Positions 51,699 through 64,000 of a stretch of DNA of 64,000 nucleotides are shown here, one piece after another. Positions within the stretch are counted from its first letter, which is position 1, and the number at the start of each line of letters is the position of its first letter. A program made the translations under genes and the position numbers. The notes under the pieces are model-generated. The model did no database searches and had not been told where the DNA came from. It was given only the letters and a program-made list of their open reading frames with translations. Source of the DNA: Sphyrna mokarran (Eukaryota); contig JAGIQG010000043.1 of assembly GCA_024679065.1 (NCBI GenBank), positions 2,728,001 to 2,792,000 on the forward strand, read 5' to 3'.

Positions 51699-54195
51699 CT
51701 GGGAAAGAGAAATGGAGAGCACAACAGTCACCTCAGGTAATGGAGCATTCCCTGAATCCTTACACTTCAGAAAGAGGCCATTTGGTCCATCGAGTTTGCA
51801 CTGATCACAATCCCTCCTATCCCTATTCCCGCAATATTCACACTGCTAATGCCCTGTTGCGAAGGGGCAATTTAGAACAAAGAACAAAGTAGCACGGGAA
51901 ACAGGCCCTTCGGCCCAACGAGCCCGCGCCGCCACCCCGATGTTTCCACCTCTACCCGTGATCCCCGTCCATGTTTATAGATCTATGGATTAAAAACAAA
52001 ATTTGAGACAATTTAGGGAGAACTTGTTTTGCCAATCCCTTGTTGGACAACAAGGTGGACCAAAGCACCCGTAGGATAAAAACAAGTACATCAATATCAT
52101 CATCTATTTACACACTTCCCAGGGACTCCAAAGGCTCATGATCCCTTTTTTAAATCAGTTTTCTATACCCCTCCATTCCCATTCTGTTCATGTGCCCATC
52201 TAAGTATCTCTTAAATAACTCCAGAGTACCTGCCTCTACCACTTTATTTGGCAGCGCATTCCATACCCCCATCACCCTCTGTGTGAAAAAACTCCCGCTG
52301 GCATGCAAATTATACATTACCCCCCCCTCACCCTTAGCCCGTGACTCCTCGTGCTATTCGAGTCCATCCTAGGAAAAAGCTTAACCCTGTTTACTCTATC
52401 TATACCCCTCATAATCTTGTACACCTCTATTAGATCTCCTCTAAGTCTATAGCATGGCTATTCAAACTAATCCGCGCATCTTTAGACTTTTGGGGAAGAG
52501 GAGCATCCGGAGTAAACACACGCAGACACGGGTTAAACGTGCAAGCCTGGCACTGTGATGTGACAGTGTTAATGCACCGCTGATATCTTAGAGCACTTTC
52601 TAATTTTGCTTCGATTCTTCCCCTCCTCCGTTGACTTTGGGAGCTAAAACTTGTTCAGAAATGTACAACTGACTCTGAAGTTCTACTTGAAAATCTTTCT
52701 CCCAAGTCGCCAATATTGTTAAGGGAGCCCGTTACATAGCATATCTCAGGAGAAATGGCAAATCGGATTAACTCCATTCCAATCATTGTTATGAATCGAC
52801 GTTGCATTTTCTCAGCAACATTTGATTCATTGTTAAGTTAAACTTGCACGCTAGATCACAACTTACAGAACTGATGAAGCTCGGGGTGAGGGGACTTTCG
52901 GCCCTTCCAATTTGAGTTGAATTTGTGAAAGATGTCACTAATATTATTGAATTTCACGCCTTTATATTTGTATCCACTTCACCCATTTTGAAAGTTCCAT
53001 TTCCCCCGTTTGAAAGTTCCTGTTGGATCTGCTTCCTCCGCCCTTTGAGACAAAACTTTCCAGATCACAACAACTCAGATGGGTTAAAAAATCCTCTAAT
53101 CTCCCTCTACTTTTACCAAATTCATATTCCCTTGGTTCCAGAAACTCTTGCCAACGGAATCAATTTCTGCCTCTTCGCTCTGTCCAAATCCTTCTCCACT
53201 CTATCTGAATATAATGAGGATATCTCACCCTGGAAGAGATGGAACAATGCACAGATACCAAGGAAACCCATTCTCCTTGAGCAAGACTGTGAGACTCTGA
53301 GCCCCTGACCTAAGGTTCACTGAGAACTCGCTCTTGTTCTCTCTGTGTGGGGGTGGAGTGGAATGCACGCACTATGTACATGAATGAAAACACGACAGGG
53401 GTTTGAAAATAGAACCGAGGTAGAGAGCTCCCTGCGGTTTTCCTGTTTACTACAGGTCCAGTGCTGGCGAGCATTCGGCATGTTCTCCAAATTGCCTCAA
53501 ATGTCTCACTCTCATCAATTATACCAGACATGGAGTGCAGAGCACCGCTCTTCCGAATTTGGTAAGGATTCCCAGGTAGTGGAAAAGGTGCAGTTAACAT
53601 TTCACAACGAATGATACCAGAAATGAGGGCGTGCAACTGTCAGTGAGTCTTGAAGAGGTTGGAGCTCTTTATCTCTGAAAGAAAAATTGAAAATCGAGAG
53701 CTGATCTACTGAAATATTTACAATTATGAAATGGTTCAACAAGGCAGAAGTAGGATTCCAAAATATTGCAGAATGAATTGTCGCAAGCGGAATTCAGCAC
53801 AAAATGTAAATTGGAAGAATGGGGGGAATATAGAACTCGATTGCAAAGGAATGCTTTTGATTTCATTTGATGATTTGATTTATTATTTCACATTAGTGGA
53901 TGCTGTGAAAGTACTGTTTCTTGCGCTCCCTGCACAGACAAAGCTACCGTCAGAGAGTACAAAGATTGTGATTCTTGTCACACGTATGGGGATATAGTCG
54001 AAAAAAGCATTGTTCTGTGCGTGCCAGACAAAGCATGACATTTAGAGTTGCACAGATTTGATGTATGATGTCACATCTATTGGGTACAGTAAAAAGTATA
54101 CCTTCTTGCATGCGGTTAAACGGACCAAACATATCGTTCATAGAGTATATAGATTTGATTTAGTTACTGTCACATGTAATCGGATACTGTGAAAT
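51445..54195 (+). repeat. Direct duplicate of 1-~2750 (identical to ~53779, then indel-rich)
   Basis: ORF translations are identical at a constant offset of 51444; the first differences appear at ~2337/53780. Confidence 0.95.
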
Positions 54196-54474
54196 TGACT
54201 TCGCATGTTATTTCTGCTCTTGTTTTTGGCGTTTTCATCAATGTTGGGCATTCTTCTTGATCTAGTCTTATTGCAATGTTTTTATACCATGGGATCACAT
54301 AACAGCTATCTCAGAGGTCCGGAATTTTAAGTGGACAAATTCAGAGTGAGCGCAGATTGAATATTTAATTCACAAAATGAGAGGAAAATATGCAATGTTT
54401 CTTTATGACGATCGTTGACCGTTTCAGGGCCCCTATAACCAGGAAGTATTTTTGAATGATTATTCCAATTATTT

Positions 54475-55077
54475 CATAGAACATAGAACATAGAACATTA
54501 CAGCACAGAACAGGCCCTTCGGCCTTCGATGTTGCGCCGACCAATATAAAAAGCAATGCCCCTCCAAACTAAACCATTCCCTTCTCTTCCATATACTTAT
54601 CAACTAACATCTTAAACGCCACCAAACTTGGCGCATCTACAACTGCTGCAGGCAGGGCATTCCACTCCCGAACCACCCTTTGGGTAAAGAACCTGCCTCT
54701 GATATCCGTCCTATAACTATCACCCCTTAATTTAAAGCTGTGTCCCCTCGTGCTAGCTTTTTCCATCCTAGGAAAAAGGCTATCACTGTCCACCCTATCT
54801 AAACCTCTAATCATCTTATATCTTTCGATCAGGTCACCTCTTAGCCTCATCCTTTCTAACGAAAACAACCTCAAATCCCTCAGCCTCTCCTCATAAGACC
54901 TGCCCTCCATACCAGGCAACATCCTGGTAAACCTCCTCTGTACCCTCTCCAATGCCTCCACATCTTTCTTATAATGTGGGGACCAGAACTGCACACAATA
55001 CTCCAAGTGCGGCCGCACTAGAGTTTTGTACAGTTGCAACATGACGTTGCGGCTCCGAAATTCAATCCCCCTACCAT
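54475..55077 (-). mobile_element. Young CR1 3' fragment
   Basis: ORF 54569-55042 and a tail. Confidence 0.93.
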
Positions 55078-58000
55078 TATGCTTTCTGAAGTTGGTGACT
55101 ATCTTCTTCCTTTTGCCGACGTTGGTAGATAAATTACCTTGCTAACTAATGTGCCAAGATGGGAGGAAAGATGTTTTCCTGAGTAGACATTCAGGGCCAT
55201 TTTGCGAAACGCCTCATTGCCAGAATTTTCAAGGATGACTGCCTAGTGGTGAGAAAAGCAACAGTCACCCTCTCCCCACCCTTCCCATCCCTCCCCGTCA
55301 GATCTTTCCAATATACCTGCAGTCTCGGTCGAACAACGTGTTGCCCTTGAAGTGACAGTGCTGGGGAAAAACCCAATGTCCATTTTTTTGCAAAGAACGT
55401 TCTTAGAAAGACGTTTTTTTTTGCTCAGGTTCATCCTGTGACACGGCACTCTGGCTCTCGGGGGTGTTCCCAGGAATGCACATCAAAACAAAAATCAACT
55501 ATTTCTCGCAGATTGCGAGACTTTACAGATAATCAAGTATCAAAGGTGCAGACAATGTGAGTGGAGAGAGGTTTAAGGGCAGGTTGAAGAGGTGTATATC
55601 GCCTCCAGCCGCCAGGACAGTTGATGAGATTTTGCAAGCCCAGGCAAGTCGTGGGAGTTACAGATGGTGTATGCTCAATCTCACATGAAACTCTTCCCAC
55701 TAACAGGTCCACTGGAACAACAATTGTTGTTGTGTCCGTTGTTCTCCCGCAATCGAGCATAAAAAGTGCTACCCAGTCTCCTAAACATGCCACCAGTCAC
55801 TTTGTCATACAATCATTGAAGTCTTGATCTGTACGTTCCACCAGCCTTTGGTTGAAAAGTGATCAGGTGTTGCTAATACGTGTTGGTAATCATTGGAGAG
55901 CATGCATTGGTAGAAATCAGCGCTAGTAAAATCCTAGCCGTTTGTGGGAAACCCCCATCCTGGTATTCCATATACACTGGCACCTTGACATGACATAATA
56001 TCTAGATCAATGCCTGAGAAGTAGTGTAGCCCTTTCGGTGCACCTGCAACCCCTTTAAGTAGAAGTGCACCATAATTAAACCCAAGGAAATCATTAAAGC
56101 CCACAGGCACTGATGCCCCTTCCAGCGCACTCCCAGATGTGTAGGAAAACAAAGGGAGGGTGTATTTGATTTTCCTGGCACCGATCACATTACCTCACCA
56201 ACTGTGATAACAACATCAGGAAGATATCTCGGACGATGCTTCAAACCAGCGCATTATTTCAAATAATCTCGGGGGAAACCCTTATTTCGGTGCGTCAATT
56301 TGGAGGCCATGCTGGGGGCGGAAAAATAATCGGATAGCCGAGGAGGGACCCCGTCCTCAGCACGAAGTAAGCTTCCTTAATGAGGTAGGGTTTCATGTCT
56401 TCTGAGGGTGGTCCTTCGGATCCGCCTTGCAGGATCACTGACTAATTTTATATAAGATAGAATCACTAGAGGCGTTAATTTGTACTCGTACCACTGGAAA
56501 GACCCCCAAAATATTTAGAGTATTCTTTATCCCCTTCTAATGCTGGTAAATGAGCCAGATTTGTGGCAACCAGAGATGTTGCAATGCATCAGCATTAACT
56601 ATTTCGATTCCAGATCGCTGTTCTTGAAGATATTTGTAGGCTGACAATACAGTAGAGCTATATCGGGACAGAGACTTTGGGGAGAAAGGGAGGTGGGACT
56701 GGTGGTAGGTGGAGAAGGATTGTGGAATTGCCTTATCCACTTGTAGAGGCCTAATAGGTGTTGCAAAGAACAAAGAACAATACCACATGGGAAACAGGCC
56801 TTTCGGTCCAACGAACCCGTGCCGCCATTTTAACATTGTGAGGACCCTCGTCTACCTTAACCTTTGTCTACGCCTATTGGTGAAGATTGGGGAAAGACTA
56901 ATTTAGGGACAATTTGATCACACCAATAGTGTTTATGTTTGGTAGCTAATTAAATAAATCATCTGAAACTGTTGATGGAAGATGTGGACACCAAGTACAG
57001 CCCCAGCTCTGACAAAGGGTTATCCAGAACTGTCAGCTCAGAAACGTTGCTCCTATTCTCTCTCCACTGATGCTGTCAGTCCTACTGAGATTTTCCAGAA
57101 TTTCCTGCTTTTATTTCAGATTCCAGTACTAAATTGCTTTCAGCCAATTTATCAGAAGTGACTTTCCAACTCTCCTCGGCTCCCGGAATCTGTAGGGTTG
57201 GCTTATTTTCCCATCACCTTTTCAGAATTCATCCTGTTGGCTATTTATAGCTGAAATCGCAACCGTAGCCATTTGCTCAACTGTAGAATTACTAATTTTC
57301 TCAGTCTGCTGAGATGCAGACCTGGGGGGTCATGGTCACAATGCCCTATCATTGCAGATGTCGCCATTGTCGATTCTAGATCAGTCTTCTCGAAGGTGAA
57401 CCTACCGAAAGCGATGAACTGGGATGGGGTACCAGGATGAGCACTCAGATCCTATGCAGATCAGCTGGAGGGAATATTAACAGACATCGTCAGTCTTTCT
57501 TTCCAACAGCCTGAGGTCCCTGCCTGCTTCAAGAAGAGAATCACCAACCCACTACCAAAGTAAAGCCTTAATAAAGCGTGAGGTCCCTATCTACTTCTAG
57601 AAGACAACCACCAACCCACTACCAAAGCGTGCCTTAATAGCTATCGTCAGGTGGCTCTGACATCCATCACTACGAAAATCTTTGAAAGGCTAGTCATGAC
57701 ATAATCAATTCCAGCCTCCCAGACTGCCGGGATCGAGGACCGTTTGCCTATCACTGCAATCGCTCCGCAGCAGACATTATCTCTCTTCCCCTGTACTCAA
57801 TCCTGGAACACGGAGGTAACAAAGGCACCTATGCCAAGCTCCTTTTTATTGATTACTGCTCAGCCGTCAACACCATTCCTACCGAGCACTTCTCCAATCT
57901 CAATGGCTTGAGCCACGCCCCCTTCCTCTGCCCCTGGATCCTGAACTTACTAATCCACAGACGGCAATCAGTAAGAATAGGCAACGACGCTTGCTCTGAT

Positions 58001-60168
58001 GATCCTCAATACAGGTGCCCCACAAGGCTGTTTTCTCAGCCCCCAACTGTACTCCCTATACGAAGAACAAAGAACAAAACAGCACGGGAAACAGGTCCTT
58101 TGGCCCAACGAGCCCTATGACTGTGGCCAAATTCCCCTCCAACTCCATTTTTCGAGTTTGTTGATGACATCACGGCCGTGAGTCGGATCTCACACAGTGA
58201 CGAGACAGAGTTACAGGAATGACATAGAAACTCTGGTGAACTGATGCGGCAATAATTATCTTTCCCTCACTGTCAACAAAACGAAGAAGATTGTCATTGA
58301 CTTCAGGAAGTGTAGCAGTGAACATTCCCCAGTCTATATCACTGCGGACGAACTTAAACGAGTCAAGACCATTCCTGACATAGCTTTTCTGCTACCATCA
58401 GACTTTGAATGGACCAACCTTGTATTCAGTTGATCTTTCTCTGCACCCTAGCTCTGACTGTAATGCTTCAATCTCATCCCCTCCTTTCTTTCTCCAATGC
58501 TTTTTCTGTAGAGCGCATATGAAACAATATCTTTCACTGTATACTCATACATGTGACAATAATAAATCCAATGAACACATAGACCCGCAAACAGCCAGAA
58601 TCTCTCTGCCTCTCTCACTCATACGCACACACAGCCGAAATCCCCCTGCCTTCCTCACAGCACACGCACAGACGCATACATACACAAACAGAATTTCTGT
58701 CGCACACGGACAGAACCAGGGTCTTTCTCGCTCTCTCGCTCACACGCACACACGTGTAAACACGCAAACACACACACCTTTACCAATGTACCCTCTGTAG
58801 GATACTGTCAGAATAACACAACCAAGTATACACGGGAGCGCGCACACACACACACACACACACACAGCCATAATCTTTATTGTTCTCTCTCCCCATCACG
58901 CAAACATACTTTTATCAATCTACCCTTTGCTTGATAATGCTAGAATCACACATTTCCACAGACACAGAGACAGCCACAATTTATCTGTCTGTTTGTCTGT
59001 CTTTCTCTTTCACAGACACAAGTACGCACAAAGAAAAACACATGCCTTTACCAATCTACCCTCTTCTGGATAATGTCAGTATAACACCCACACACACACG
59101 CACGCACAAAACATACANNNNNNNNNNNNNNNNNNNNNNNNNNNNNNNNNNNNNNNNNNNNNNNNNNNNNNNNNNNNNNNNNNNNNNNNNNNNNNNNNNN
59201 NNNNNNNNNNNNNNNNNNNNNNNNNNNNNNNNNNNNNNNNNNNNNNNNNNNNNNNNNNNNNNNNNNNNNNNNNNNACTGGATGATGTCAGGAACGGACAT
59301 GTACAAATCCACAATCTCTGCTGGGACTGTCAGAATTTCATTGGATTTTACCGGAAACAACTTTACTTAAGATTATTTTGTTGTACGTTGAGTGTATCAC
59401 ACGCGTTTCACATCACATTGAAAGTAAGATTTCAGTCTCCACTCGCAGTGGTTCCATTCGTATTGAATCCATTTGTGATTCGCCTCTCTTTGATTAGCAG
59501 CGTTTTCAATACAGCAACACCTACCTCTCAGTAAAGAGTCCGGTGCTGCAACCCCGCCCTAAACCTGTAAAACATTTCATATTAGGGAAATATATAAATA
59601 TAGAAATTAGATTCGTATCAATTTATTCATTGGGCATCAAACACATATCTGCTTTCACTGGGGATGATGATTAATAAGAAAATAATTAAAATTGGATTAA
59701 ATAAGATTACTTTTCAAATTAAAGTATCCAGTCAGAAAACGGGACTGTTTGACTGTTAGAGTGGACCAATCAATCCAAGTAGACAGTTCTTCTGTATATC
59801 TATCAGTCTCTGCTGTCCCATGTTGAAAGGGAAATGTCCCAAATTCCTCACAGATCATTGCTTCAAAAAAAAAATGGAAACCGGTTTTCTGGCTCCCTAC
59901 TGGTGTGAGAATTTGCTCCGTATGGGAGCTTACTGAAAAAAAAAACTTCTTGCCGTTTAGGAGGGTCAAGCTAACCTCTTGTTTTGAATTACAGCGTCTC
60001 CTAATGACGCACACAAACATACACATACAAATTCACACACTGACACATGCTCTCTCTCTCTCAGTGACACACACACACACACATATACATTCTCTCTCTC
60101 TCATACACACAGACACTCACAAACACTTGCACATACACTTATACATTCACACACACGCATTCATACAG

Positions 60169-60200
<32 letters not shown>

Positions 60201-60473
60201 AAACACACACGCACACACAAACACACAAATATACATACACACATACATACACATATGATGTCTTTCTCTCTCCCTCTCTTTCTCCCTTTCTCTCTCTGTC
60301 TCTTTCTCTCACACACACACATTCAGAAACATACTGACAAGAAAATATTAGATTAGAGAGGCATCAGTGTCGGCACAGACTTGGTGGGCCGAAGGGTTTG
60401 TTTCTGTACTGTAATATTCTTTGTTCACACTTATGCACACTGATACGCACATGTTCACATACGCGCGCACACA

Positions 60474-60506
<33 letters not shown>

Positions 60507-62039
60507 TCTCTCTCTCTCTCTCTCTGTCATACTGTTAAACATATATAAACGCATACAAACACACTCATGCACTTAAACACTCTCAAACGCACTCACATTC
60601 TGAAACACACTCATACATTTGTACACTCTCATGCCCACACTTATAGACACTCAGACAAAAAACAGACATACACTCGCATATATACACACGGATAAATTCA
60701 TACACTTTAACACACACACACTCACACAAACTTACATATTAAGCTGATTCACTGACACACACGCTTACACTTTCTCACATATAAACACACTCTCTCATAC
60801 ATTGACACACACTCGAACACTTACACTCAATGTCTGTGAAATGTCACATAGAATCCCTCAGTTTATTAATTGAGGCTTTTAGTCTTAAATCATTCAAGTT
60901 TGGATAAGCACATATGAAACATTACTTGCATATATTTCCCACGTACTCTTCAGTTCCAAACACCAAACTTCTGGAATGATATTAGCATTTTCTGAAAATT
61001 CCTGAACATATTAGAGGACAGCAATGCCAGTCAAAGTAGAACGTTTGGGGAAGTCGATATTGATTTGACATTGCTCTCCTGAGAATAGAGAAACTTGAGT
61101 GGAGATATGGAAGAGATGTGAAACATCATGGAAGCGGTGTCTGATGGAGGGGATACTTAATCGTAAGATAGCCAGCACAAGGATATCGAGCAGCTAATAT
61201 TTCAATATAAGTTTTAAGGATGAAATGGGCATTTAAATAATATAGTAATGCTAGTTTCAAAATGAATGGCTAATACGCCTGCCAGTAAAAACAAATTTAA
61301 CCAGAATGATAGGCAGTGGGGTAGCTTGATCTTGAGTTTGGACACAGCTCGGCACAACATCGAAGGGCCGAAGGGCCTGTACTATGCTGTACTGTTCTAT
61401 ATTCTATGTAACTTAAAACTTGGGATGATTGGGCATTGATTGAAGAGACAAATAATAGAATTATGTATTGGATACAGAAACTCCAACTTGGGGATTCTGC
61501 CGGATGATCGAGCCTTCCTGCAGCAGATTAACTAGTTTTGACTTCCCACAAAACGCGGAACAGATTGAAATTATTGTTATGTATTGCGAAGCAACAAGGA
61601 AGCCATTTTGTTTAAAGAGTGAACCCACTTAGCCATGTTATCAGATGGGAATATGGATTTCAGATAATATTCATTCAGGATGAACTGCCAATGTCCAATT
61701 GAATGTCCAATACTAGGGTATATCTAGTTAAGGGTTGAGACACATTTAATCTTGCAGATTTCATATTCATGCAGTCGCAAACCAGTAGTCCACATACCTG
61801 TTCAGCACTTAGCCCCATCCCCAACGCAAACAAACTCACCCTAAAAATGTCTCTATGAATCAGCTGAAGAGCCGCTGGAAACATATTTGTTCTAAACCCT
61901 TATAGAAACCGGAATCACGCTTGCTTACATTTGGTATTCAGAAGCTTTTTTCAATATTTAGGTAACTTGGACACAGATTCATTTTTAATTATTCCTTGCA
62001 CAATTACAGTAGAAAATACAGACTAGAAGCTATGACGAA

Positions 62040-62221
62040 TTAGAAGCATTGAGAGGTGAAATTGCACTGCAGGCGATATTCCATCTGAGAATCGTGGACA
62101 TTAAGAGAAAGTTCATTTCCGTTTTGCTCGCCATCATAACATTGAGCCCCCAATCCACCCGAATTTGCACCGGCTCCACTTTCGGAACTCTCCTTGGAAA
62201 AAGAAGAATGTTTTTGCAACT
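62040..62221 (-). other. Paralog of the gene B candidate last exon (a further B-type gene probably lies beyond the window end)
   Basis: 45 of 59 aa identical to the 43357-43538 translation. The acceptor AG at the homologous position reads AA. Confidence 0.5.
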
Positions 62222-63314
62222 TTGTAAATCCAGGGAACACACATCTCTCTCTCTCTCTCATTTCCCTTCTCATTTAAAGTTTTGGATCCTCGTTAAAGGC
62301 CAAGCGAGCATAAAGCGTCTGTGGATGAAAAGTGATATGTTAGCGTGATACACAGCTTTATTATAGAGACAGGTGAGACCACTGAATACCCCCAATCTTC
62401 CGCCTACCCCCACTTTATTCAATCGGTTCACGGCTGTAAGGTTACTCAACTCACAGTCACCTATCAATATTGAATAATATTAATTGAATTAATCCACTCC
62501 CTAATATAAATCTATCTGTCGCGCCTTTGGGAGTTCCAATTGCCCAATATTCTGTATAGCTTTTTAGTGACAAGAATTCGCCCCGCGTTCTGTGCAGAAG
62601 TGTTTCGAGTTGATTCATTACTGTCACATGTTAGTATGCATTGAAATATAATGATTCTAGCCTAGTACACAGATAATGTGTACCGTGCATGGAGAATGAA
62701 AGGAGAAGGTGCATATTGTAGAGTTACGGTGATAGGTAGGCTATAGAGAAAGTTCAACTTAATATGAGGTAGGTCAATTCTAATGTCTGATGGCATCAGC
62801 GAAGAAGCTGTCCTTGCGTGACCTCAGAATTATATATTTTTTTCCTGAAGGAAGAAGGTGGAAAAAAACATATTCAAGGTGCTTTGGGTCCTTGATAATG
62901 GTGGCTGTTTTGATAGAAACATAGAAGATACCAGCAGGGAGAGGTCATTTGGCCCTTTGAGTCTGCTCCAGCATTCATTATAATCATGACTGATCGTCCA
63001 GCCCAATCGTCTAATCCTAATTTCTCCCCATAACCTTCGCTCCCAATTGCTATATCCAGCCGCCCGTTGAATACATTCAATATTTTGGCATCGGCTACTT
63101 CCCGTGGTAATGAATTCCACAGGCTCACTGAGTGAAGAAATATCTCGTAACTTCCGTCCTAAATGGTCTGTCCCAAAACCTCAAACAGTGACCCCTGCTT
63201 CTGGACTCCCTCCACTATCGGGAACATCCTTCCTGTATCTACCCTGTTTAGCCCTGTTAGAATTTTATAGGTCTCTGTGAAATCCCCCCCTCATTCGTCT
63301 GAACTGCAGTGAAA

Positions 63315-63880
63315 GCCGCAGCATCATGTTGCAGCTGTACAAAACTCTAGTGCGGCCGCACTTGGAGTATTGTGTGCAGTTCTGGTCGCCACATTATAAG
63401 AAAGATGTGGAGGCATTGGAGAGGTACAGAGGAGGTTTACCAGGATGTTGCCTGGTATGGAGGGCAGGTCCTATGAAGAGAGGTTGAAGGATTTGAGGTT
63501 GTTTTCGTTAGAAAGGAGGCGGCTAAGAGGGGATCTTATTGAAGCATATAAGATGATTAGAGGTTTAGATAGGGTGGACAGTGATAGCCTTTTCCTAGGA
63601 TGGAGAAAGCTAGCACGAGGGGACACAGCTTTAAATTAAGGGGTATGAGTTATAGGACGGATATCATAGGTAGGTTCTTTACTCAAAGAGTGATTAGGGA
63701 GTGGAATGCCCTGCCTGCAGCTGTTGTAGATGCGCCAAGTTTGTGGCGTTTAAGAGGTTAATTGATAAGTATATGGAAGAGAAGGGAATGGTTTAGTTTG
63801 GAGGGGCATTGCTTTTTATTTTGGTCGGCACAACATCGAAGGCCGAAGGGCCTGTTCTGTGCTGTATTGTTCTATGTTCT
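63315..63880 (+). mobile_element. Young CR1 3' fragment nested in an older minus-strand CR1; absent at the paralogous site ~44608
   Basis: ORF 63445-63639 and a tail. The flanks gcagtgaaa/aaaacaa rejoin in the paralog. Confidence 0.9.
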
Positions 63881-64000
63881 AAAACAATTTTAACCTTGTC
63901 AATCTCTCCTCATACATCAATCCCGCGATTCCTGGAATGAGCCTGGTAAACTTTCGCTGCACTCCCTCCAGAGCCAGAAAATCCTTCCAAAGTGAATGCA

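Larger units (their letters stand above)
54200..63995 (+). repeat. Older segmental duplicate of ~32920-44720
   Basis: Colinear homologous blocks (Penelope, Rex1, CA-rich tracts, unique DNA, last exon) with many substitutions and copy-specific CR1 insertions. Confidence 0.9.

Overview
Eukaryotic genomic DNA, repeat-rich, with CR1 LINEs, Rex1/Babar-type LINE remnants, Penelope-like elements, V-SINE/HE1-like SINEs, CA microsatellites and four N gaps; the repeat repertoire points to a cartilaginous fish, probably a shark. The host genes form a minus-strand tandem cluster of non-rearranging, antigen-receptor-like IgSF genes. Each has one pre-joined V(J) exon, a 90-nt intron, a C1 exon with an unusual CxC F-strand, a stalk Cys and an uncharged TM. 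Gene A (19466-27643, 9 exons, ~342 aa, tail with LYASL) can be reconstructed completely. Gene B (43357-51698) has V, C1, TM and a candidate tail exon. An apparently identical copy B' (candidate leader 4336-4374, V 1-254) runs off the left edge, and a diverged B-type 3' exon (62040-62221) implies another gene beyond the right edge. Two duplications shape the window: 1-~2750 matches 51445-~54195 (essentially identical, possibly an assembly artefact), and ~32920-44720 matches ~54200-63995 (older). All exon boundaries were read by eye from splice signals and phase, without transcript evidence.
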